Shown here: positions 9,935 to 18,830 of the stretch, piece after piece
How positions within the stretch are numbered: the stretch's first letter is position 1
How the letters are laid out: each line of letters starts with the position of its first letter
DNA from: an uncultured virus (IMG/VR IMGVR_UViG_3300001518_000020)
Lineage: Duplodnaviria > Heunggongvirae > Uroviricota > Caudoviricetes
DNA: 64,000 nt
Strand: one strand, 5' to 3'
IMG/VR virus record: IMGVR_UViG_3300001518_000020
Translations under genes and position numbers: made by a program
The notes under the pieces: generated by a model
What the model saw: only the letters and a program-made list of their open reading frames with translations
Told to the model about the DNA's origin: nothing
Database searches by the model: none

Positions 9935-10108
9935 TTAGTTTTTCCAAGCATCTTTATTAGACCATGGTTTATTATTAATCCAATATCCACGACCAAAACA
10001 ACTTCTAATATATTGCCAAATAAGTTTAGCTCCTTGATATATAGATGCAATATGTCTTTGACCTTTATAAATAGTTGTAACTTGTTTATTATCTACATGT
10101 AAAGCCAT
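9935..10108 (-). CDS. Small Trp-rich protein (not in the ORF track)
   Basis: 57 aa, MALHVDNKQVTTIYKGQRHIASIYQGAKLIWQYIRSCFGRGYWINNKPWSNKDAWKN. It fills the gap in a minus-strand structural operon. Confidence 0.8.
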   Translation of the reverse strand: MALHVDNKQVTTIYKGQRHIASIYQGAKLIWQYIRSCFGRGYWINNKPWSNKDAWKN

Positions 10109-10127
10109 AATTATTTATCAATATATT

Positions 10128-10667
10128 TTATTCTTCAAATATATAATATTTAGTATCATCATATATTTTTCCTGCTGCTAAAGCTTCATCAAATTCTTCT
10201 TGTGTATTAAAATAAACTTCTTTTAATTCACTAATTTGTTGACTTAACACCATACCCATAGCAGCACTAAGCATACGTTCTGTTAATTCTTCATCAGAAA
10301 AACTATTACCATCTAATGAATTTACAATTAAATTACGAATGTCTTCAGCAGTTTGTCCATATAAAGCAATACCACTATCACCTCTTTCACCTCTTTCACC
10401 TTGATCACCAGTATCACCTTTACTTCCTTTACGACCGTTATATACATGAAATGTGTTAGTAGTACCATTAGATAAAATCATTGTTATTGGATTATCAGCA
10501 CCATCACCATCATTTTGAACTTGTGATAATTCTGTAATCATATTACCAAGTAAAAGACTAGTTGGAATTTTATATGATTTACCTTTATAGGCAACCATTA
10601 AATATTCATCACCAGTTAATTCATTTAATTTATTAAAACTTGATATTTTTCTTCCATTTACAGCCAT
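10128..10667 (-). CDS. Collagen-like repeat protein, putative fibre component
   Basis: GRKGSKGDTGDQGERGERGDSG G-X-Y run. Shares the flanking VYNG and IVN motifs with 7367..9916. Confidence 0.75.
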   Translation of the reverse strand: MAVNGRKISSFNKLNELTGDEYLMVAYKGKSYKIPTSLLLGNMITELSQVQNDGDGADNPITMILSNGTTNTFHVYNGRKGSKGDTGDQGERGERGDSGIALYGQTAEDIRNLIVNSLDGNSFSDEELTERMLSAAMGMVLSQQISELKEVYFNTQEEFDEALAAGKIYDDTKYYIFEE

Positions 10668-10685
10668 TTTATATTTTAATCAAAT

Positions 10686-10874
10686 TTATTTATATTCCAT
10701 TATCATAAAAGCATCACTTTCTTCATTCTCTAAAATGTCCTTGTTATCTTCTGTCATGATTAATGTATATTGACCTGTTAATTGGTTAATCATATTATCA
10801 ACATAATCACTTTCAATAATATCGGCGTCTTCAATATTAGTGAATATGAATATTTCTTTTTCCTTTTCTTTCAT
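10686..10874 (-). CDS. Small acidic hypothetical protein
   Basis: 62 aa, first gene after the TTATTTTTAATAAAG motif at 10906-10920. Confidence 0.55.
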   Translation of the reverse strand: MKEKEKEIFIFTNIEDADIIESDYVDNMINQLTGQYTLIMTEDNKDILENEESDAFMIMEYK

Positions 10875-10967
10875 ATAAATTTAGCAATGCATTTATTTTT
10901 ATATTCTTTATTAAAAATAAATAAGAATATATTCTATTTTAAAAATATATATATTGTGCTTAAAGTT

Positions 10968-11318
10968 ATGGAATTTAATTTATTTAAAAATTCAAATAAA
11001 ACAATAGAATTAATGCAAGAATATATTCAAACTAGAACAGATGATCCATATTTATTTGAATCAGATGTTCAGGATGAAGATAATTTAGATGATTGGTCTA
11101 TTGATGATTTTTTTATAGCATTACCTAAAACAATAAAATATGGTATACATGAAACTTTATTTAATTTAACAATTACATATAATACATTTAATGAATGTAT
11201 TATTTATTATGAAAATAGAGATTTAGGTAAAAATATATTTAACGTTACTAATATTAATCCTTACGATGCGTTCAAAGAAATTTATTTAAAACTCAAAACA
11301 ATTAATAAATTAGATTAA
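10968..11318 (+). CDS. Hypothetical protein
   Basis: Likely start is ATG 10968 (MEFNLFK). The longer listed ORF overlaps the divergent gene and promoter region. Confidence 0.65.
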   Translation: MEFNLFKNSNKTIELMQEYIQTRTDDPYLFESDVQDEDNLDDWSIDDFFIALPKTIKYGIHETLFNLTITYNTFNECIIYYENRDLGKNIFNVTNINPYDAFKEIYLKLKTINKLD

Positions 11319-11750
11319 ATGAAAAAAGATTGGAGTACACTTGAGAAAGGAGATAAACTTCATTTAATGATTCCTTATGAAGATGATGGAATAATAAAGT
11401 ACGAATTTCAAGAGAGTCAAGTAATCAATACACACCAATATAATTGGTGTACAAACGTTAGATTTAAATATACTGATAAAAATATTAATAAAAGACGTAG
11501 AGTTGAACTTTGTGTCAATAAATATAAATATGATCAGCTATATTTAGCATGTTGCGATAATACTAGTTGGGCAAGAGATTATATGCCTAAATGGGGGGAT
11601 ATCATTGTTATTTTTGTAGATTCGTTTTATTTAAATGAGATATATCAACGATTAATACAAACAAAAATAAAAGAACAAGAAACATTATTAGAATCACAAC
11701 AAATATTTCTTGATAAAATAAAAAAACTTAGATTTGAAAAAATTGTATGA
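11319..11750 (+). CDS. Hypothetical protein
   Basis: 143-aa ORF abutting its neighbours. Confidence 0.7.
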   Translation: MKKDWSTLEKGDKLHLMIPYEDDGIIKYEFQESQVINTHQYNWCTNVRFKYTDKNINKRRRVELCVNKYKYDQLYLACCDNTSWARDYMPKWGDIIVIFVDSFYLNEIYQRLIQTKIKEQETLLESQQIFLDKIKKLRFEKIV

Positions 11751-12205
11751 TTATTTGGAAAACAGGAGATATATTTAACTCCAAATGTAAGACTTTAGTC
11801 AATACAGTAAATTGTGTTGGTGTTATGGGAAAGGGTATTGCTTTACAATTTAAACAAAGATATCCCAAAATGTTTGAAGAATATAAGAAAATTTGTAAAC
11901 CTGGTCAATATAGATGTCTTGAACATGGTGGAGATCTTTGGTTATATACTTATATAGACTTATTTAAAGAAAAAAAGATATTATGTTTTGCAACTAAAGA
12001 ACATTGGCAATACCCATCAAAATTAGAATGGATTGAACGTGGGTTGAAAGAATTTGTTGAAAATTATAAATATTGGAAAATAACTTCTATTGCGTGGCCT
12101 AAGCTTGGCTGTACAAATGGTAGATTAGATTGGGAAAATCAAGTTAAACCACTTATGATAAAATACTTAGATCCATTACCTATTAAATGTGAAATATATG
12201 AATAA
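11747..12205 (+). CDS. Macro-domain ADP-ribosylhydrolase (DarG/TARG1-like)
   Basis: GDIF, VNTVNCVGVMGKGIALQFK, FATKEHW and SIAWPKLGC.NG.LDW motifs. Confidence 0.9.
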   Translation: MIIWKTGDIFNSKCKTLVNTVNCVGVMGKGIALQFKQRYPKMFEEYKKICKPGQYRCLEHGGDLWLYTYIDLFKEKKILCFATKEHWQYPSKLEWIERGLKEFVENYKYWKITSIAWPKLGCTNGRLDWENQVKPLMIKYLDPLPIKCEIYE

Positions 12206-12211
12206 TAACAA

Positions 12212-12382
12212 ATGACAAAACAAGAAGCTATTAAAAAATATTATCAACTTCGCAATGAGGCATATGAAAAGGTTGAAGAATTAAATCATCCTGATTTTAT
12301 GTATTGGGAAGAAACACATCAATGGAAATTAAAATTACAATTATATGAAGATTTTTTAAATGTACTTATAAATATATCTTAA
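12212..12382 (+). CDS. Small hypothetical protein (not in the ORF track)
   Basis: 56 aa, MTKQEAIKKYYQLRNEAY..., fills an operon gap. Confidence 0.6.
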   Translation: MTKQEAIKKYYQLRNEAYEKVEELNHPDFMYWEETHQWKLKLQLYEDFLNVLINIS

Positions 12383-12387
12383 TAGTT

Positions 12388-12750
12388 ATGGGATTAGATA
12401 ATTTTACAAGAAGTATTTACGGTTGGAAAGTTGAAGGTCGTAAAAATGTTGAAAAGTTTGAAAAGGAACTTGAAAAGATCAATGAAAATTATTATGATGA
12501 TTATTGTGACTTTTTAGTAACCGATACAATGTGTGGAGAGTATATTTTCTTTGGTGCACATTTAGTATATTATGATGCTGATGAAGGTGATGAAGTTATA
12601 GTTGATGACAAACTTATTAAAAAATCAACTGCTAAGTATCATGACTTCTTAAAAGAACATCCAGAATTAGATGAATTTTTAACGAAGCAAATAGGCAAAT
12701 TAACAACAAGTAAAGATCCTCAAATGTTTATATTTCAACAAATTTGGTAA
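12388..12750 (+). CDS. Hypothetical protein
   Basis: 120-aa ORF in a tightly packed plus-strand array. Confidence 0.7.
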   Translation: MGLDNFTRSIYGWKVEGRKNVEKFEKELEKINENYYDDYCDFLVTDTMCGEYIFFGAHLVYYDADEGDEVIVDDKLIKKSTAKYHDFLKEHPELDEFLTKQIGKLTTSKDPQMFIFQQIW

Positions 12751-12751
12751 T

Positions 12752-13198
12752 ATGAAAAAGGTTATAACAGATATAGAAGATATAAAGAATACTATTAAAT
12801 GGATAGATATTTTTGATTTACAAATTATAGGAATGCCAAAACCTGAACAACCAAAAGAAGATTTACGTAAATATATGTCATATGTGTCTTTTGGTGGATT
12901 TAGTGCCTTTGTTTCAGAAATTGGTTTTGGTGACAATAATGATATATTTGTAATATATAATGATTTTGATAAAGGTCAAACATTAGAATCAATTAATGAT
13001 GAATCCTTGAATGAAGGAATGAGATTAATAATTGCTGATAGAGATGGAACACCAATAGGTAATTATTTATTTGAAGAAACCAAATTAATATCAAAAGTAC
13101 CTATTATATTAGGTTATGATAATACTTATGTTATAAAACGAAATCCTTATATATTAGTATTTAAATATTCAAATATATATAAATTTGTAAATGAGTAA
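12752..13198 (+). CDS. Hypothetical protein
   Basis: 148-aa ORF in the same array. Confidence 0.7.
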   Translation: MKKVITDIEDIKNTIKWIDIFDLQIIGMPKPEQPKEDLRKYMSYVSFGGFSAFVSEIGFGDNNDIFVIYNDFDKGQTLESINDESLNEGMRLIIADRDGTPIGNYLFEETKLISKVPIILGYDNTYVIKRNPYILVFKYSNIYKFVNE

Positions 13199-13367
13199 TA
13201 ATATGAAATTAAATGAATCAACACATTATTTAGAACAACGACTTAATCGTATTAGTGAACATTGTTATAAATGTCAAGGCAAATTTAATGATGATTGCAA
13301 AGGTTGTAATTATTTAACTATACGTAATGATTTAATAGAACAAATTAATCAAATGAAAACAAAATGA
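13191..13367 (+). CDS. Small putative zinc-binding protein (not in the ORF track)
   Basis: 58 aa with CYKC..CKGC. Overlaps both neighbours. Confidence 0.6.
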   Translation: MSNNMKLNESTHYLEQRLNRISEHCYKCQGKFNDDCKGCNYLTIRNDLIEQINQMKTK

Positions 13368-13636
13368 CAGAAGCAGAATTTGACAGATATCAAAAAGCAG
13401 TTGAAATAAAAGATAAAATTGATACATTACAACGAGTAATAGAATATATTGATTATAATTTTAATGAATTAGTTTATCCAAGATCAGAATCAGGATGGGA
13501 ATTAAGTATTACCTTAAATGATAAAATTAAATCAATACATTTAACATCTGAATTATTTTGGGAATGTGTGAATTTAGTTAAACAACGAAAATTGGAAAAA
13601 ATACAAGAATATCAAGAACAATTTAATACATTATAA
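13364..13636 (+). CDS. Hypothetical protein
   Basis: 90-aa ORF in the array. Confidence 0.65.
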   Translation: MTEAEFDRYQKAVEIKDKIDTLQRVIEYIDYNFNELVYPRSESGWELSITLNDKIKSIHLTSELFWECVNLVKQRKLEKIQEYQEQFNTL

Positions 13637-13639
13637 ATT

Positions 13640-13963
13640 ATGACTAGAGAAAAACTTGAAGAATTAGGTTGGAAGTTTGATAGTTTTTGGAATAATAGAG
13701 CATTATTTACCAAAAAAGATGAAAAACTTGATGGATTTGTGTTATTTGAACATAATGGTAATTGGGGAATAATGGATCCTTATTCAAAAGAATTTAAATT
13801 AATATATTGTAATATGTCTGATGATGAAATTGAACAATATATTGATTATGTTAATAGTTTTGAAAACATAATGGATCATCCTAAAGATTATACATTTTAT
13901 GAATATATTTGTATTGAAGCTAATGTTAGAGAATTTATAACAAAAATGATAGAACGAGGATAA
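13640..13963 (+). CDS. Hypothetical protein
   Basis: 107-aa ORF in the array. Confidence 0.65.
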   Translation: MTREKLEELGWKFDSFWNNRALFTKKDEKLDGFVLFEHNGNWGIMDPYSKEFKLIYCNMSDDEIEQYIDYVNSFENIMDHPKDYTFYEYICIEANVREFITKMIERG

Positions 13964-13975
13964 TATATATTAATT

Positions 13976-14419
13976 ATGGGATTAATTAAATTTTATAGGA
14001 TTTTTGTAAAAACATATAAAGAATATAATAAAGACAAAATTGAAGCTAAAAAATGTATTAAAGATGCAAAGGCTACATTAAAATCAATAAAAGATAAACA
14101 AGAAAAGGCTAAACTTGCTCTTGAATATCTTGATGATATTTATTTAATGCTTCCATATGAACAACGTAGACAATGTGTTCAACAAACAATGAACGTTCTT
14201 AAATATGGAACAGGATGTAAATATGGTGAATCTATTATTAAATATTTAAATCGTCTTCAAAAAACTATTAAATTATCATTAGATGAAATGAATTATAGAT
14301 ATGTTGATGGCGAATATTCTACTATACCAGAATTCTATAAAGAAAAGATTGTTGATTATATTAAACAATTTAAAATAGATTATTTGATTAATGAAGCATA
14401 TTTAAATGAAAATAAATAA
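13976..14419 (+). CDS. Hypothetical protein
   Basis: 147-aa ORF in the array. Confidence 0.65.
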   Translation: MGLIKFYRIFVKTYKEYNKDKIEAKKCIKDAKATLKSIKDKQEKAKLALEYLDDIYLMLPYEQRRQCVQQTMNVLKYGTGCKYGESIIKYLNRLQKTIKLSLDEMNYRYVDGEYSTIPEFYKEKIVDYIKQFKIDYLINEAYLNENK

Positions 14420-14428
14420 TAATTAATT

Positions 14429-15082
14429 ATGAAAACAAAGTTAGATGAATTTGTAAATTGGTTTATAGAAAAATATCAAAATAAAACCATTGATGTAATA
14501 GAGAATAATCCTGAAGAAATTTCTGAAATGTTATATGACTCATTAAAAGAAACAGTATTACAAAAAACTAAACCAAGAGATATTGATTCAATTCAAGATT
14601 TAGCTAAATTACTTAACGGTAATTATAATGGAGAAGAATTAAAAAATCCTTATAATATAAATGTTAAAGAATTGTGTAAAAAGAATAAATGGGTTGTTTT
14701 ATTTCCATATTCTGATGATAATCTTGAAGTGAGAGGTTATATAGATGATGAAATTGGTGCTTGGGATGGTATTAAAGCCGTTATATATAAAAAAGGAGAA
14801 TTTTATCCAGAAGATTTAGATGAAGAAACATTTAAGAAAGCTTCATCAGATATGATTTGTAGAATAGATGATGATTTGATTTATGATGCTGAGGTAGAAG
14901 ATGGCAGAATTGGAATAGATATGCAATGGGATCCAGATGATTATCCTTATACATGGTATATAGATATTAAATCATATAATAAAGATATTGATGATCATTC
15001 AAGAGTTGCATATTTTGATATTGTTGATGAAGATGATGATGACGATACAACTTGGGCAAGATGTTGTGTAATTGCATTATAA
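14429..15082 (+). CDS. Hypothetical acidic protein
   Basis: 217-aa ORF, Asp/Glu-rich. Confidence 0.7.
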   Translation: MKTKLDEFVNWFIEKYQNKTIDVIENNPEEISEMLYDSLKETVLQKTKPRDIDSIQDLAKLLNGNYNGEELKNPYNINVKELCKKNKWVVLFPYSDDNLEVRGYIDDEIGAWDGIKAVIYKKGEFYPEDLDEETFKKASSDMICRIDDDLIYDAEVEDGRIGIDMQWDPDDYPYTWYIDIKSYNKDIDDHSRVAYFDIVDEDDDDDTTWARCCVIAL

Positions 15083-15201
15083 ACAATAAAAATTAAATAA
15101 GTATTAGAAATTTAATATTTTTTAATATTTATTTAATTTTTTTTAATATTAATCTATATTATATATAAGCCAGAATTCCTAAAAATATAATTAGGAAATA
15201 A

Positions 15202-16437
15202 GTGGCTAGAGTTGTTAATAATAATTTATGTAAAACTAATCAAGCAAAAGTTGATAAATGGCTTGTAAAATATAGAAAATCAACACAAATTAATGATACT
15301 GATTATGAATATTTAGAAAAATATTTAAATAATGTCATTAAAAAAGATGCATATTCTCTTAAGGATTGTTCAGAAAAAAATATTGTTGAATATTATCTAA
15401 ATTATCTTGATACTTTAGATGAATTAGATATTTATAATACAATATTTTGGAATGATGTTAAGAAAAAAGTAAGAACAAAATTAGCATTTAAATATACATC
15501 AAATAAAACCTTTAATTCAAATAATATTGATATATATTTTAATGAAATAAAAAGAGAATATATAAAAACACCTTATAATGAATCCGATAATCTTGAATTT
15601 TGTGAAAAAAATTATGATGTTTTTATAAAGAATAATCTTAAATTAGTTATTGAATGTGCAAAACGTTATCGTAATTTAGGTTTAGAATTTGAAGATCTTA
15701 TACAAGCTGGTAATGAAGGATTGTTAAAATGTCTTCAAAAGTATAAAACTACAAAAGCCAATTTACGTGTTAATATGCTTAATTTATTAAATGAATCTGA
15801 ATTGAAAACATTTAATTATGATCAAGCAGAACAGTTAGTTCGTAAAGCTTTTGTTTATAGTAAAAATCTAGATACAACAATTAATAAATTACCTAAAGAA
15901 GGTTTTGCTACTAAATTTGATTTTGAAATTTGGATTAAAACCAATATAAAACCTGCTTCATTTGCTTCTGTAGCATTTATGTGGATTCGTGCTTATATTA
16001 TTATTGCTTTAAATAGTGCAGCTAATATTGTACATGTTCCTCAATCGGCTCAAAAAAATGGAACAGCAATGGCAAATATTATTCGATTAGATTCAGTAAA
16101 TCCACATACTGAAGATGTGTATCACGATAATCAAACATCAAAAATAACCGAAGAAGAATTTTTAATTGAAGATGAAAATTTAGAAGCTATTGAAAGACAA
16201 AATTTATTTAAAGAATTAATCGACAATTCATTATATTGTTTAAGTAATGTAGAAAGAAGAATTGTTAAAAAACGTTTTGGAATAGATTATCCTTATGAAA
16301 TTTCAATTAATGATATTGCTGAAAGTGAAAATTTATCAGTTAATAAAGTAAAATATATTATTACATCATCACTTAAAAAAATAGCTAATTTTATTCCAGA
16401 ACGAGATAAAAAAACTATATCGGAATTATTAAAATAA
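15202..16437 (+). CDS. Phage sigma-70 family RNA polymerase sigma factor
   Basis: Region 2 NLKLVIECAKRY..GLEFEDLIQAGNEGL and F.SVAFMWIR. Region 4 LS..ERRIVKKRFGI..EISINDIA..NLS HTH. Confidence 0.9.
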   Translation: MARVVNNNLCKTNQAKVDKWLVKYRKSTQINDTDYEYLEKYLNNVIKKDAYSLKDCSEKNIVEYYLNYLDTLDELDIYNTIFWNDVKKKVRTKLAFKYTSNKTFNSNNIDIYFNEIKREYIKTPYNESDNLEFCEKNYDVFIKNNLKLVIECAKRYRNLGLEFEDLIQAGNEGLLKCLQKYKTTKANLRVNMLNLLNESELKTFNYDQAEQLVRKAFVYSKNLDTTINKLPKEGFATKFDFEIWIKTNIKPASFASVAFMWIRAYIIIALNSAANIVHVPQSAQKNGTAMANIIRLDSVNPHTEDVYHDNQTSKITEEEFLIEDENLEAIERQNLFKELIDNSLYCLSNVERRIVKKRFGIDYPYEISINDIAESENLSVNKVKYIITSSLKKIANFIPERDKKTISELLK

Positions 16438-16439
16438 AT

Positions 16440-16460
16440 AAGGAGAGCATTGCTCTCCTT
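16440..16460. terminator. Bidirectional terminator
   Basis: AAGGAGAGCA-T-TGCTCTCCTT between convergent genes. Confidence 0.7.
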
Positions 16461-16723
16461 TAATTATATTCCATATCATAATCTCTCATTGCTTTATTAA
16501 ATTTATATACTAATTCACAAATTGGTGTATTATCAGGTAAACATACATTAAAATTACCAACTTGATAACCACAATTATAGTAAATTTCTCCAGTATCTTT
16601 CATGAGAAATTGAATATGACATGACATTCGTGGATTTTCTGAACAAACAACTACAACAATATTACTATGATTTTTAGCAAATAATGCCTTTTTTATGTCT
16701 TTAACACTAATTTGATAAACCAT
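16460..16723 (-). CDS. Hypothetical protein
   Basis: 87-aa ORF in a three-gene minus-strand operon. Confidence 0.65.
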   Translation of the reverse strand: MVYQISVKDIKKALFAKNHSNIVVVVCSENPRMSCHIQFLMKDTGEIYYNCGYQVGNFNVCLPDNTPICELVYKFNKAMRDYDMEYN

Positions 16724-16740
16724 AATTATTAAATTTATTA

Positions 16741-16923
16741 TTAAAAATTCAAAACATCTTCTAAATAATCTGATTCCAATCCAAGATAATCAAGTAAAAC
16801 ATCATCTGCTTCCAATGGATTATCGAGCATTATAATTTCATCTCTAGTTTCTCGTACTAATCGTTCTGCATGATCCTGAGGCATATTGTCACGATTCATA
16901 AGAATTTCTACTACTCTATTCAT
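16741..16923 (-). CDS. Small hypothetical protein
   Basis: 60 aa, ILMNRDNM...LGLESDYL. Confidence 0.65.
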   Translation of the reverse strand: MNRVVEILMNRDNMPQDHAERLVRETRDEIIMLDNPLEADDVLLDYLGLESDYLEDVLNF

Positions 16924-16926
16924 AAC

Positions 16927-17334
16927 TTAAAAATTTTCAAATTTCATATTATAAACACCAAATGGATTTTCAACTGTTAGATTCAATGTTTCAATAAGTT
17001 TATCTATATCCATTCCAGGTTTTACTTTAATCTTAACACTCAATCTAATTTCTTCATATTCTCTTTTAAGGTTTCCAATTTCTTCATCCCAAATAAGATG
17101 ATTCTTCTTAAGATCTTTGATGAACTGATTTTTCTCGTCTTCGGAAGCAATAGAAATATTATCATCAAAAATAAACTTATGAGGTCTAATTTGTGGAAAA
17201 TTATAATCATTCGTATAAACAAAATATGATCCAACTAAATAAAAACATGTTGCCCCATTATATGTTTCTTTAAGAACCGTACCAACCTCTAGTGGTTTAT
17301 TCAAATATTCATTAATTATTTTTTCCATATTCAA
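16927..17334 (-). CDS. Hypothetical protein
   Basis: About 135 aa, directly downstream of the repeated promoter element. Confidence 0.65.
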   Translation of the reverse strand: MNMEKIINEYLNKPLEVGTVLKETYNGATCFYLVGSYFVYTNDYNFPQIRPHKFIFDDNISIASEDEKNQFIKDLKKNHLIWDEEIGNLKREYEEIRLSVKIKVKPGMDIDKLIETLNLTVENPFGVYNMKFENF

Positions 17335-17340
17335 TTTAAT

Positions 17341-17380
17341 TAATTACATAATTAATATAGTAAATAAAATAATAAATTCA
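17341..17380 (-). promoter_or_regulatory. Repeated early-type promoter, TGAATT-N14-CTATATTAATTATGTAATTA
   Basis: A 20-nt block identical to 28501-28520 with the same spacing to TGAATT. An 18-nt copy lies at 38505-38522. Confidence 0.7.
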
Positions 17381-17391
17381 ATATTATTCTT

Positions 17392-17410
17392 TTATTTTTA
17401 ATAAAGTAAT
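17392..17410 (+). promoter_or_regulatory. Putative late-type promoter, TTATTTTTAATAAAG
   Basis: The same motif occurs at 23334, 49449(-) and 10906(-), with variants before other structural genes. Confidence 0.55.
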
Positions 17411-17443
17411 AATTTATTTAATTAAAGTAATAATTTATTTAAT
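17402..17443 (+). repeat. 21-nt perfect tandem duplication
   Basis: TAAAGTAATAATTTATTTAAT at 17402-17422 and 17423-17443. Confidence 0.9.
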
Positions 17444-18074
17444 GAAATCTTTAAATTCATATTTAACTCGAAATACATTCGAAAATAAAATTAATAAAAT
17501 TATATTTGATTTAGATAATAATTCATTGGAGTGTCTCGAAATGAATTTTAGACAGCTTTTAGAATCTAACAACAATATATTAGATTTTAATTTAATATTG
17601 GAGAATAATAGAACAATATGGACGTCTAATGATGGAGATGAATTGAAAATTGGTGATCATGCAAATTCAAGAAGAGACCGACCAGTAGAAAATGGTGGAG
17701 ATGGAGGAAAAAGAATAGGTCAATATGAAATTATCAACATGTTCAGATGGTCTTGGAATAAAATTATGGATATGAATTATGAAGGAAAATTTAAACCATT
17801 TGAATATAATAATAGAGAAGTTAATGCATGGACTATAGAATGTCAATGTTGGTTAAATAATGATAAAGAAAATAATAATGAAGTTATTTATTGTGGAGCA
17901 AGACCACATAATATGACCTTGTGGGGTGTGTGGTTATTACAAGAAAACGGAAGTAAAGTTGATATTATTATTAAAACAATTTTTAGAGGTAATCAATTAA
18001 AACATACAGTTGTCCAAGAACGTATAAAAATATTAAGAAATGGACAAATTCAAGAAAAATATAAAAAAGTTTAA
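17442..18074 (+). CDS. Hypothetical protein with a capsid-targeting-like N-terminus
   Basis: 210 aa, starts MKSLNSYL..FE. Confidence 0.65.
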   Translation: MKSLNSYLTRNTFENKINKIIFDLDNNSLECLEMNFRQLLESNNNILDFNLILENNRTIWTSNDGDELKIGDHANSRRDRPVENGGDGGKRIGQYEIINMFRWSWNKIMDMNYEGKFKPFEYNNREVNAWTIECQCWLNNDKENNNEVIYCGARPHNMTLWGVWLLQENGSKVDIIIKTIFRGNQLKHTVVQERIKILRNGQIQEKYKKV

Positions 18075-18076
18075 TA

Positions 18077-18577
18077 ATGAAAAACTTAAAAGATAAAATT
18101 TTTGAAGCTAATGAGTCCAAAGATAAGACTTTCAAACAAATTAGAAAGGGAGATACAATTTATTATTTGGATGTTTTTAATAGTGATAGAAATCATAAAA
18201 TAGAAGTATGTACTGTAGATGCAACGTATTATCATGAACCTATGTCAATGGGTAGCTATACTACTAAGGAAGCATGGGAAATAAAATTCACTCGTAAAAA
18301 CAAAAACAAAAATGGAATGTGCTATATTTATAAAAAAGATCTTGAAAAGAAATTATATATAGATACAAGTTTTAGCGGTGATACGATATTCCATTATGTA
18401 GCTACAGATAGGGAACTATTAAATAATTTTCAAGAAGAAATTATTGATAAAGATGTTAAAGATCTTGAAAAGGAAATGGAAAAAATCTTAGCAAAATATG
18501 AATCCGAAAAGGCAAAAATTCAAGAAAAGATAGATAATCTTCTTCAGAAAAAATTGGAAAAATATGAAGATGATTAA
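18077..18577 (+). CDS. Hypothetical protein with a capsid-targeting-like N-terminus
   Basis: Starts MKNLKDKIFE and has a C-terminal coiled coil. Confidence 0.7.
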   Translation: MKNLKDKIFEANESKDKTFKQIRKGDTIYYLDVFNSDRNHKIEVCTVDATYYHEPMSMGSYTTKEAWEIKFTRKNKNKNGMCYIYKKDLEKKLYIDTSFSGDTIFHYVATDRELLNNFQEEIIDKDVKDLEKEMEKILAKYESEKAKIQEKIDNLLQKKLEKYEDD

Positions 18578-18773
18578 TAGACCAAGATCAGATTGTAACA
18601 AACACATTATTAAAAGAGAACATTATTTTAGAAAGAATGGTGATTGGAAGCCTAAGAAAAAATTTGAAAATAATGAAGAAGCATTACTTTGGATAAAAAA
18701 ACATAAAATGTATAAATATGTTCCTTATGTTTGTAATGTATGTGGAAAAATACATGTTGGAATGAAAAAATAA
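18564..18773 (+). CDS. Small basic zinc-finger-like protein
   Basis: YVCNVCGKIHVG motif. Confidence 0.6.
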   Translation: MKMINRPRSDCNKHIIKREHYFRKNGDWKPKKKFENNEEALLWIKKHKMYKYVPYVCNVCGKIHVGMKK

Positions 18774-18802
18774 ACAAAATATTAATATCAAAAACATAAA
18801 AT

Positions 18803-18830
18803 AAATGAGGAATCTTAAGATTCCTCATTT
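18803..18830. terminator. Bidirectional terminator (perfect 28-bp palindrome over the MTase stop codon)
   Basis: AAATGAGGAATCTT/AAGATTCCTCATTT. Confidence 0.7.

Noticed and set aside
10782..10967. N-terminal extension of the 178-aa ORF
   Set aside because: It overlaps a divergent gene and two promoter-like motifs. ATG 10968 is more plausible.
15745..15960. Intein in the sigma factor
   Set aside because: Too short, and lacks the N-terminal Cys/Ser and C-terminal His-Asn.
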